A DNA stretch of 63,516 nucleotides, filler included, from Asterionella formosa (lineage: Eukaryota), in assembly GCA_002256025.1 (NCBI GenBank). It is 16 parts of 16 records of this genome, joined end to end, with 100 filler letters (N's around TTAATTAATTAA, not from the genome) between each part and the next. Parts side by side here need not be neighbours in the genome. Positions count along the whole stretch, not along the records: positions 1 to 16,306 come from NKIB01004986.1; 15 more parts are not named here. One strand, written 5' to 3'. Position 1 is the stretch's first letter. The number at the start of each line of letters is the position of its first letter. Both the position numbers and the translations under genes were made by a program. The notes under the pieces were generated by a model. That model was given only the letters and a program-made list of their open reading frames with translations. It was not told the DNA's origin and made no database searches. This document shows, in pieces, positions 1 to 11,088 of this stretch.

Positions 1-1
1 T

Positions 2-1503
2 AATGAAGCTTTTACTAAGGATCGTGACTCCATATTCCTTGATAATGGTACTCTTGGAAGTGCTGCTCATCGATACTGTCAACAGCTTGTTGAACTTCTG
101 GCAGGTCATCATGACGAAGTTCGACAATACTGTCGTGCTGAGCGAGTGAAAAGCCATGGTCTCAGGAAAGGGTCTGCTACCCATGCAACAAGTGGAACCA
201 CTGTTCCTCCACCACTTCCATCAGTGGCTAGACGAGGTGAATGGAGCCAAGGAACTATCTTTGACATATATTTTTTGTTTGCAGAACCTGGTGATCAATA
301 CCTTGGGCGATGTCTTGCAGGCCTCCCACCTAATGCAGTTGATTTCGCGGTTCTCCCACCACATTTCATTTATGGTATGGAAAATGATGATGTCAAGCAG
401 GCATTACAGATATGTTTTGGTTGCATCATTGACTTGTATGAGGAGAGACAAAGTGGGGGTATAGTTGGTGTTTTACTCTACTTCCTTGCATCAGTTGTTT
501 ATCACATGGATGCCTTTGTTAAACCTGTAATTGAGAAACAACCAAACCACCCATTTTCAGCAATTCCACTATTGCAATATCCTGGCCTCCTTCAGCGCTT
601 GCAAAAATTTGTGACACTTGATAGAACTGACAACATGCCCCAAGCCACAGGGATCCCACCACATATTGATCACTCACAAAAATTGAGTGAGATTCTTCTA
701 AAAGTCACTCAGATAACATCAATGATGATGCATCAGACAGAGGAAATCAAAGCTTCTGTAGTTCAAGCAATTGAAGAGCATGACATCCGTGGTGGTGTCA
801 TTACAATCGATTTTCTAAACAATCGGTTGAAAGAGCATCACAAACAGCTTGAACAGGTGCTTTGTGATCATCTTCAACAAGGTGGAATAACAAATGATCA
901 GGTAACTCGACCACTCCCTGAACAAGAACACCAACAAGATGGGATAGATCATACTTTGTACTGCTACGATGGAAAGTTTTGGCAGGTTCCAAGGGGTTGG
1001 CAGTTTCCTGAAAAAATTCTCCGCCAGACAGGGTGGAGTCTATGGCTAAATGGACAACCGGGCATTGTCAGAACATTTCGCCTTCTTGATCCACCGTCAC
1101 TATCCCCTGACAAGAAGCTCCGGGATAGACTGAAATTAGAGTGGAGACCAATTTTCCAAATGATGGAACAAGCACCAGACATGGAGATTCCAACAGGGTC
1201 ACACAATGTTACACCAGAATTGTTGAGCAATCATTTCTGCAGGGAACTTATTATCTCAAGGCAAGAGCTGGATATGTTTGGGAGCATTCAACAAGACCTG
1301 AAGTTCTTACTATCAGCTCATGGTCTAAACATGTTCAGCGGAGTAACATTGAGAAGTTTGGGAATGATAATGACCATTACAATCTTCCACCTCCAGATCG
1401 GCACAATGCTCCCCACAGCAATATACGGCAGCGGCGGCGCCAGCTTGCACCTAAGGTACTTGATCAAAGAAGAAGAGTTCGTCAGAGACACAATTCTCCT
1501 TGA
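2..1503 (+). pseudogene. Crypton (CryptonS-like) tyrosine recombinase, 5'-truncated by the window edge and frameshifted near 1225
   Basis: The frame is open from position 2. It contains YR catalytic motifs SHGLRKGSAT...RRGEWSQG...DIY (HxxR, W, Y) followed by GDQYLGRCLAGLP, and a C-terminal VPRGWQFP...WSLWLNG block. The plausible C-terminus (EQSFLQGTYYLKARAGYVW...ISSWSKHVQRSNIEKFG) lies in another frame ending at 1503. Candidate TATGG terminus at 1668-1672. Confidence 0.75.
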
Positions 1504-1952
1504 AATTACAAGTGAATATTTAAATAAATATATATCATATTATGTATATACTATACCATGCAAGTAACTGGTACACAAGTTCTAGTTAAAAGCAAGTGAA
1601 AAGTACAGCAGAGTTTCAGCAGGCACTACTGGCTGGCTGATGGGGGTTTATTTTTTAAAAGGCTTTTTATGGATTACAAATCACACCACTGTTGCCTCTC
1701 CTCGGCCAGTTGAGCTACTTGCTTTCAAGCAAGGTCAGCAGTGTGCGAACCAGTCAGCAAATTTAATAATGCAATGGTGAGTTTCTTCTCTTCAATTGCT
1801 GGGATGTTTATTAGATTATCTAGGTGCAGATGGGTTCGGTGAGTATTATTTATCTGGCTGGACACCCATACTTTTCTACACATTTGCGACACTAACAATA
1901 CTGGTTGCTCCATCTCTTAGCCTACAGTCGTAACTTTACACCAGGTACCAGG

Positions 1953-2065
1953 TGAAGTATCTAACTAGAAGTAGTAATATTTGTTGAATATATGAGCTTA
2001 TTTGTTTATCCTTGTGTGTAACTCGTTCTCCTATATACATCTTTATTGATGCGCAAGATCGCTCA
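1953..2065 (-). repeat. 3' LTR of the Gypsy element (113 bp)
   Basis: Direct repeat of 5289-5401 with 4 mismatches; TG...CA ends. Confidence 0.9.
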
Positions 2066-5000
2066 CTCTCCCACACCAAGGAAAGCCTTTTACCTTTGAA
2101 AAGGTTTGATGTGATTGAATATTGATTTGTTCCGTAGTATGGATAGTTTGTTGAAAAGTAACTGTACCATTGGCATATACTTGAATAATAGAATAAGGAC
2201 CTCGTCCATGGTTATCCAAGGTAGTAGGATTATCCAATAGGATTAAAACCTCATCAATAACTTTGTAATTGCAAGAACGACGACGGAAATTATCACGACG
2301 TAGTCATTTGTCAATTATCACTTATCGACATTGATATCCCAATATCAATTACATAACTGTAATCAAATCATGTTGGAAAACCCATGTTCCTGGTGAAAAT
2401 ACACAATGTACTATAAATAGTAGCTCGAGCTGCATATGATGCAGCAAACTGATATCCACAATATTCTGAACTTGAAATTTCTTGATTGGAGGATGAGCCT
2501 TTAACATAACTTGTACATAGACTTTTACTGATAGATTGATGTAAACGTTCACGGATAGCATTTGTTTGTGGATTCTTGACTGTAATGATTCCAATTTTAA
2601 TTCCATTCAACACTTACATGTGTATAAAAGGAATACCAGTAAATTGACCTCCATTGTCATGTTATAACCTTCTGGACGGAGATATCTGTCTAACCAATCA
2701 TTTTCAAATTTCATCGCAATATATTCTGATGTCTTATTATTGATATGTGAAATTTCTGGTAAATTGGTGACTGTGTTAACTCAAGTTGGAACATGAAATT
2801 CAATCGCTTGTGCAGTCACTGTTATCTTCCATGGACCAATGAAATCCACTGTGATTCTGAGAATTGTAATAACAATGCATTCCTTGGTGGAAGTTGACCA
2901 AAACCCAGCACCAGGAAATTTTCTAAGTTTTGACATGTTTCATGTATGCTTGCAATATGTTCCACTCTTGCTTTTAATGGAGGATAGTAAAAATGTGTAG
3001 AAACTGTGGCATTTCATCTTGTCATACCCACATGAGCTAACATCTGATGATACCAATTAATAATAGGATCCAATAGTGATGTAGGAATCACAATACGTCA
3101 AGTGAATGTTCCATGTGTAAACATAATCCTTGATAGGTGTATCAAAATATAACAAACCATTGCGAAAATGTTCTGTGCGTATCATTATAGGAATGCATGA
3201 CATACAGAAAAACACTGATATATCCACCATACAGACAGGACATGGTATTTGTAAATTATCCGTCATAAATTAAAAAGCTGGACAATTGAGCAAACTCGCA
3301 GAAGGTACTAAGACCAGGTACTTTTGTTGCAAGATACAAGCTGACGGATTAAATTTTGGGAGCATCATGCTGAGTACTGGCAAAGGAAGAAAAAATGGGA
3401 TCATACCTGCTATGCATGGTATATTATAATTATAAATGTTCGATTTACAACAAAATGTCCTGAATTGAAATCCATTCATAAGTTAAAGATCAGGACCCAC
3501 CGCAATCAAACAATATTCATCTTATGTCATGCATATACAACGCAGCCACCAATCCTTGGGTTGGTTATGACATGAGAATGAAATGCAATTAAACTTATGC
3601 ATTCTTAGGCAAAGAAAGAATGAGACCGGAATCAGGCCTTGAGATGTGCATATGGAATGATATATTGAATCTACCTTTGCATTTTTTAAATATCCCGTGT
3701 TACAATAGCGGTGATATCCAACCTGTAATTATCCTGTAAATAGAAAAAGTTATTCAGGTAGAAATGATTGACGTAAGACATATTCAATGTGCTGTCGCTC
3801 ATAAATATATATATATATATATATGTATATTATTAAAATCATAGCATTGTTGCTATTGTCGCACATACTTCTGTTAGTAAGGCGATCTGTTCAACATTCT
3901 GCTGTTCTTTATTAGGCACATCGGCCACTAACTGACCAACAGGAGGGTTCACGACCACTAAAATTTTCTGGGCAGATTCATAATAGTCGGCAGGTATGGC
4001 CTTCGGCACAGTTTTCTAACCAGACATCATCATAGGGTTAACCCATGGATTTGCTTTTATAAAACATGCACGGAAGAAAAAACATGAATAGAGCTAGCTG
4101 TGTTAGTATGATAATTCGTTCCCAGTAGAATTTCCATGCCAGCCAGAGGAACAGGAACAGGAGTCCGAACAGGAACAAGGTTAGTAGTGTTAGTAATGTT
4201 AACTCCATGAACCTTATGTTTGACCGTTGTTTCATATCCCATGCGTGGTCGGTTGCATTAAAATGCATGTGCCCTGTCATTGCCACTGAGTAAAAAATTA
4301 TCATGTACAAATTTACGCTTGATATGGTGGTTGTACTCTTGATACATCACAGGACTGTATTTAGCAATTTGAAGACGATCTTTTGTTAAACTTGACACCA
4401 GTCACGCTTATTTTTTTGATGCGTCATGGAATTGTCTTCAACTTCAACTATTTATTTACGATTTTGTGTTAGAAAATTGACATCAGGCACGCGCGTTCTC
4501 TCGACATAACACGATTGCCTTCAGCGATACGAAGTCGATTTTGGCTTATGGTAGAACTCATGCTTGAGGATGTGCTTGAGTTGATCTTTGAATGATTGTT
4601 GACTCTCGAAGTAAGTCAAAACCAAGCGAATCAATTATTTTGTGTTCTTTCCATTGTTCCATTCAAACACTTGTTGCCGCGCATTGTCGATCAAGCAAAA
4701 TGACAATCAACCTCAAATCTTCCTTGGCGGAAACCTTCTTGATCTTCTGGATGAGTTATCATGAGTTTTAGGAGCTTCTTTAAGGTCTTGAGACATTCAG
4801 CGAAGTCAATCATAAACATGTTGAAATGTTTTATTGAGTAATATCATTGCATCCAGCCACTGTTATTGACTCTCAGAGATATCATGAAGAAGGTAATCTT
4901 CCAGTCACATCACTATGACTTGCTTGTTGAGACTGTTATGGTGGGACTGAGCATCTGAGTGTATTGCAACGCTCATCCAGTCAGACAAGACGATGTCTAT

Positions 5001-5288
5001 GAGTCATCTTTTGTAGCAGTAGGTGAACAAGCAAAGAATCTGCTGAACTGAAGGTATATGTGTTAGCCATTTCACAGGGTTTACTGAAATCAATCAACAA
5101 GCTTCCCCTGAGCGTCAATTGATCATATCTTTGCTGTAAGATTCCAAATGTCGACCTGGCTTGTAAGGATACACAAAGAAGTTTGAATCTTGATGTTTAG
5201 TATGTTGTTATCCTTCATCAATGGGACCACTGGAACTTGAGAGGACACCAACATTTTAATTCTAATTGGACTCTTTTTGAATTCAAAG

Positions 5289-5401
5289 TGAAGTTTCTAA
5301 CTAGAAGTAGTAATATTTGTTGAATATATGAGCTTATTTGTTAATCCTTGTGTGTAACTCGTTCTCCTATATACATCTGTATTGATGTGCAAGATCGCTC
5401 A
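5289..5401 (-). repeat. 5' LTR of the Gypsy element (113 bp)
   Basis: Direct repeat of 1953-2065; flanked by the CCAGG TSD. Confidence 0.9.
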
Positions 5402-5480
5402 CCAGGTACCAGGTACCAGGTAATCCTAGTACCTGGTATTTCATTTTACATGGTGTGCGTGTATATGATGCTCTGTAGCA

Positions 5481-7600
5481 TATTGCTGAAGGCAATACAC
5501 GCCCAAGGTGGTCTCTTGCCTGCGAGTATACATGTGGTCGAGGCCGGGTGGCGCGAGTAGGTTGACCGTACGAGTGGCGCCCCCGGCGCTGCGAGAGCGC
5601 TGCGAGAAGGTCACCCTACGAGTGCCATCCCAGTCGAGTTCACATGTATACGAGAAGGCAAGTAGCCGCCGAGAAGGGTATTGTTGAGGCAATTCCCGCT
5701 CTAGCTATCGTCGTGTCATTCGCTTACCTACTGCCCACAAATTTAGCATAAATGTCAATTTTAGCCTACTATTGCCCATCATATAGAATATATTTTTTGT
5801 ATATTTCCTATCTTCACCTCGAAAATTGCCAAAGGTCCGATATTGCCCATCATTAAAATATATTTTGTATATTTCATATGTTCGCATTTTGGCAAGACAA
5901 CAGACGCCAATTGCCCCTCGGTTTTCCAGCCCTGGGATTGCCGAAATCGGCAAGGGGTCTACTTAAGGAAACCATTTTATATACTAGACAGACTTTAATA
6001 ATTTATATCTAGAATTCACCTCGTTTTTGTTCGTCTCCTGAAAAGTGGACTCCGGCAATTCACCTTTCACCATGCCAATCGTCGTCCATCATGACCGGTT
6101 TGAAGCGAAATCAGTTCCGCGATGACGCCAGTAGCGATTCTTTGCCTGAAGGATGCGGTTGATTGTTGGATTGCTTGTCTTCTCGAGGCATTCATGTAGT
6201 CGCATCGTCCATTTTTCGTCGGAAGAACGATGATATCGATACATCTGATGGTTGTGACATGTTTTTGCTCCGGTCATGTATGTAATGATGCTTAACGGAT
6301 ATTCTCGTCTAAATACGTACGTGGTACTAAAAACAACCATGCATGCTTTAACGCTTACTTTGAAAACGTTATAATTTTATCTCTGTAGACTCGGTATTAT
6401 TTTTACGAGACCTGAAATGTTGAATTATATCGTTCACATATTCATTGATTTCACGTACCGTATGCCCGATTTCGTCCTCACAAATATAGTTCTCACTCTA
6501 TCTTGCCTGCCTTTGCTCTATTCGGGCTTGCAATAGGCAACGTTTGTCTTTCTTTGATCCCATCGTCTGCTGCTTGTTATGCTAGTTGAAGCGGATTGGT
6601 AAGTACAACAGTGAAACACTGAATGTGGATTGTAGATCGTATTTATCGACTTTCCGATTTGATTGCTTCCGTGGTTTGTTTTGATCGCTTCCATCGTTGT
6701 TTGTCCTTACGCACTGTCGTTTTGTTTCGATTGTACATATCTACATGAGAACCAATGAATTTATCAATGACTACTCATTGAAGATGTGGTATTGTGTCGT
6801 TGTTGATTTGTATAGTCATTGACAATGATGTCAATATTGCCGCCAAGCAATGCTTTTCTTGTACTAACGCGCTTTGCTACATTTCTACTGCGAGTTAGTA
6901 TCACAAGCTACATGAATACTCAGCTAGAGAGAGTCAATAGTGCTGGAGCAGCGTGGCGATCATGCTTGCTCAGAATGGAATGATCGGGGTTGCTTGTTTG
7001 GTGGGCGGAGAGGAATGACTGTGGCGGAAATACTGCTACAGGTGTCAGGCTACTACAGCTATGCGCATGGTTGCAGCAACCAGACCATTGACGCTAAATA
7101 ACGATGCAGGTCTACATTGGGTTGAGCTTTTCTTCTTCTTATTTCGGTCTTCGATTGTATGGCGATGGAAAGTCAATGTTGCCTGTGTAAGTACTACAAT
7201 GATTCACAATGCATAGCTACGTCTCCATTGGAACTCTTATTTTTTATTTCATTTCTAACCCAAATTTTTTTCTATTTCTCATTTGATGCTACTTATTACA
7301 TCGCATTTCATACTTTGGTTGCTCCAAACATCATATTCAATTTTCATTGATGTTGCATGTTACAATCATTCTCGTGTTTTTTACGCTTGTTGTACCATCT
7401 CTATGCATATTACCGATATTCTGGTTGTCATGCTAAAATCGGCAATTTTCTTGCCGTAAAATTCGATGTGCCCCATATTGCCCTTTAATACCTTAAATAA
7501 AAATTACTTAAGAAATTACTTAGAGCCTAAAAATTACTTTGAAGTACCCGAATGGCAAGACGATAGCTGGAGCGGGAATTGCCGTAGCACCGCAGCAGTG
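5481..7600. mobile_element. Unclassified non-autonomous element with asymmetric inverted termini and a terminal long hairpin
   Basis: 35-bp inverted repeat at 5688-5722 and 7549-7583 (3 mismatches). Outer ends are TA(T/C)TGCTG and CAGCAGTG. Bases 5481-6056 recur at 58242-58804 in an unrelated context. No intact ORF; no TSD seen. Confidence 0.65.
5491..5685 (+). other. ~190-nt rod-like stem-loop (ssDNA or RNA) with repeated CGAG/CGAG tandem G.A motifs
   Basis: Nested complementary blocks: CAATAC/GTATTG, CTTGCC/GGCAAG, GTATACATGTG/CACATGTATAC, GGGTGGCGC/GTGCCATCCC, GTAGG/CCTAC, TGACC/GGTCA. CGAG faces CGAG between the blocks. Second copy at 58252-58435. Confidence 0.8.
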
Positions 7601-8054
7601 GAATATTCTCACCAGCTTCTTTGGTTATGTATATAGCTCGTATGTACCACCTAATTCTTTCTCAAGCTGTCCTCATCAGTCATGCATCGATTTTACACAA
7701 GATCCATCCTTTACATTCTATATGAATTTATATAGCTGATTTATAACTTTTTATACATAAATTCAATTTTCACAAAAGCCCTTTCATCACTAAGGGTATA
7801 TGACCCAAAATATGTGTTTGATTTAATGCATGCATACACAAATATATACAGAGATGATGGACAAAAGTTCCGGTATGACTGAATGAATTTGGAAATTGCA
7901 TGTAGAATTGAACGACATGAGGTGTAAGCGGAACTATTTCCCTAAAAAAAAGCAGGATTCTAGAATTATAAACAAAACGTACCACAACAAAGAAAAAGGC
8001 GTATTTAAAACACATGTGCGATTAAACAATCAAATCAACGAGAACAAATCAAAC

Positions 8055-10260
8055 ATGGCGAATATCGCACCTTCACTCCATGCTTCATTCGCCAATACCC
8101 ACCATGATGCTCCAATTACGAGTGAGTATGCCGTACAAGTTGAGCTCATTAGGAATGGATTCTGTCCTTATCATCCAGACATTCAGCTTCGCAAAAAGAA
8201 TGCGTTTGGAGGTTGGACGACTGTACGAGACAGCTGCCCTAGATGCGATCGTATGAATACCCAAGGGCCCGCTGCTCCAGTGACTCCAATGCAAACCCAA
8301 GAGCAGCCTCCTTTGCCAGCAACAAAATCTCAGCCTCCAACCCAAATTCCAACCACTTCAATTTCGTCTCCGATTGCTGCAATTCTTTCAAAGATGAAAA
8401 TCAATAAGCAGGACGCTGACATTCAAGGAGATGGTCTCAAGGAGCTTGCAGACATGGCTTTTACTAACGAATACAACAAGGTGTCAATTGTTGCAGCAGG
8501 AGGTATCACTACGATACTGACTGCGATGACGAATCATTCCTCAAATGCTACTGTGCAATACTATGGTTGTGGAGCACTTCGGAACTTGGCTAGGAATGAC
8601 AGCAACAAGGTGACGATTGCTGCAGCAGGAGGTATTCCTAAGATTTTGTCTGCGATGAAGACTCATTCATCCCATGCTAAGGTGCAAGAGAATGGTTGTG
8701 GAGCACTTAAGTACTTGGCTGTGAATGACAACAATGAGGTGACCATTGCCGCAGCAGGAGGTATCACTACAATTCTGTCTGCAATGAACACTCATTCCTC
8801 TGATACCAATGTGCAATACTATGGTTGTGGAGCACTTCGGAACTTGGCTAGGAATGACATCAACATGGTGACGATTGCTGCAGCAGGAGGTATCACTACG
8901 ATTTTGTCTGCGATGACAACTCATTCCTCCAATGCTAATTTGCAATACTATGGTTGTTTAGCGCTTATGTGGTTTGCTGAGAATGAAAACAACAAGGTGA
9001 CGATTGCTGAAGCTGGAGGTATCACTACGGTTTTGTCTGCGATGAAGAATCATTCATCCCATGCTAAGGTGCAAGAGAATGGTTGTGGAGCACTTAATAA
9101 CTTGGCTAATCATAATGACAAGAACAAGGAGACGATTGCTGAAGCAGGAGGTATCGCTACGATTCTGTCCGCGATGAAGACTCATACGTCCACTGCTAAG
9201 GTGCAACACTATGGTTGTGGAGCACTTATGCACTTGGCTGAGAATGAAAACAACAAGGTCAAGATTGCTGAAGCAGGAGGCATCACAGCGATTCTGTCTG
9301 CTATGAAAAATCATTCATTCGATGCTGATGTACAACACTATGGTTGTTCAGCACTTTGGAACTTGGCTGAGAATGAAAACAACAAGGTGACAATTGCTGC
9401 AATGGGAGGTATCAATACGATTATGTCTGCAATGACGACTCATTCCTCCATTGCTACTGTGCAACACTATGGTTGTGCAGCACTTATGAACTTGGCTAAT
9501 CATAATGACAAGAACAAGGTGACGATTGCTGCTGCAGGAGGTATCACTACGATTCTATGTGCAATACTATGGTTGTGCAGCACTTATGAACTCGGCTTCT
9601 AATAATGGTAAGAACAAGGTGACGATTGCTGCAGCAGGAGGTATCACTACGATTCTATCTGCAATGGATAACCTTTCCTCAAATGCTAATGTACAACACT
9701 TTGGTTGTGGAGCACTTAGGAACTTGGCTTATAATAATGATAACAACAAGGTGATGGTTGCTGCAGCAGGAGGTATCCCTATGATTCTGTCTGCTATGAA
9801 GACTCATTTATCCAATGCTAACGTGCAAGAGAATGGTTGTGGGGCACTTATGCGCTTGGCATTGAATATAAACAACGAGGTCATGATTGCAGAAGCAGGA
9901 GGTATCACTACGATTCTGTCTTCGATTAAGACTCATTTCTCCAACGCTGATGTGCAAGAGTATGGTTGTGAAGCACTTTGGAACTTGGCTTTTAATGACA
10001 ACAACAAGGTGGCAATTGAGGCAGCTGGAAGTATCACTACAATTTTGTCTGTAATGAAGACTCACTCTTCCAATGCTAATGTGCAATACTATGGTTGTGG
10101 AGTGCTTTGGAACTTGGCTTTGGATAATGACAACAACAAGGCGGCAATTGCCGATGCTTGTGGAAAAAGCGCAATTGAGTCTGCTATGCGAAATCACTTA
10201 TCCAATGCTAGTGTTCAAGAAAAAGGCAATGGAGCACTTCGCATTTTTATCCAACATTAG
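8055..10260 (+). pseudogene. Armadillo-repeat protein (N-cap plus 14 repeats of 43-44 aa) with an N-terminal CxxH...CxxC domain; frameshifted near 9558
   Basis: Repeat consensus NKVTIAAAGGITTILSAMKTHSSNANVQxxGCxALxxLA in ORFs 7896-9602 and 9526-10260. Repeat 9 lacks ~32 nt (ATTCTAT|GTGCAATAC), which shifts the frame. N-terminal motif CPYHPDIQLRKKNAFGGW...CPRC. Likely start ATG at 8055. Confidence 0.85.
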
Positions 10261-11088
10261 ACATAGACAATATGGTTATATGTATGAGAATCAATTAGTA
10301 TTAATTTTTGTATTTAATATGTAACTGTTACAAGTTTATAATCATTTAGTGTTCATTTTTTTAAAATTCGACTCGGAAACTTCATTTATTATGTACTTCT
10401 TTATTGAACTTTTCTTGACCGATACAGACATGTTGAGCGATGCTCTTTTTGTAAACTTGTTGGTTTGCATTGCTTACACCAATACAGAAGGATTCATCAA
10501 CATGGAGATGGACAGCACACAATCACAACCTCACCTTGACTATTCCTAGGGCTTACGTGTCGTGCTAACATGCACTCCTATGCCCAAACACTTGTGACTT
10601 TTTCAGGCTGTATCATTTGTACACAACTCAACATTATGTAACATTGACAATTAGTTATCATTATACAACAAACAATAACATCTCACTAGACAATAACAAT
10701 GAGGAGAAGTTTGATAAAGCCTTGTCAACATAAGATGTACAATCAACCACAGCTCATAATTTTGACTACTAGATTAGACTAGACTTTAGAGGACCACCAA
10801 GAAATCATCTTTTGAAAATACAACCACTACTACTAAAAAATATCAGGCACATAGTTTCTATATGATTGTAATCAATAGTAAGTAATAAATAGACACCCAC
10901 AACATCAAACAAATGGTTAACAATTTATCCATTTTTGCTAATGAATGTTTCCGATGTTGTACTTCAATGAAAAAAGGATTTAATGAATTATACCCCCCCA
11001 CTGCTACAATGTATTATGAATTGACAAAACACAAGCTAAAAAAGGGCTAACACCGAATCATATTTCCGAGTGAAATACAATACTTGAT

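Larger units (their letters stand above)
1953..5401 (-). mobile_element. Non-autonomous Ty3/Gypsy LTR retrotransposon (decayed gag and integrase; no recognisable RT/RNase H)
   Basis: Paired 113-bp TG...CA LTRs at 1953-2065 and 5289-5401, 5-bp TSD CCAGG (1948-1952 and 5402-5406), and purine tract GTGTGGGAGAG before the 3' LTR on the minus strand. Minus-strand integrase remnants: WYHQMLAHVGMTR...CQ, VDFIGPW, HDNGGQF, KNPQTNAIRERLH, GPYSIIQVYANGTV. Confidence 0.9.

Noticed and set aside
1230..1567. C-terminus of the 473-aa ORF as real protein
   Set aside because: Appears to be out-of-frame read-through after a frameshift; the alternative frame ending at 1503 is more plausible.
3804..3823. (AT)n microsatellite
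   Set aside because: Ordinary short microsatellite inside the decayed Gypsy element.
5491..5685. Hairpin as SRP RNA, hammerhead ribozyme or pre-miRNA
   Set aside because: No SRP Alu/S-domain branching and no hammerhead CUGAnGA/GAAA core. It is tied to a dispersed element end, so it is left unclassified.
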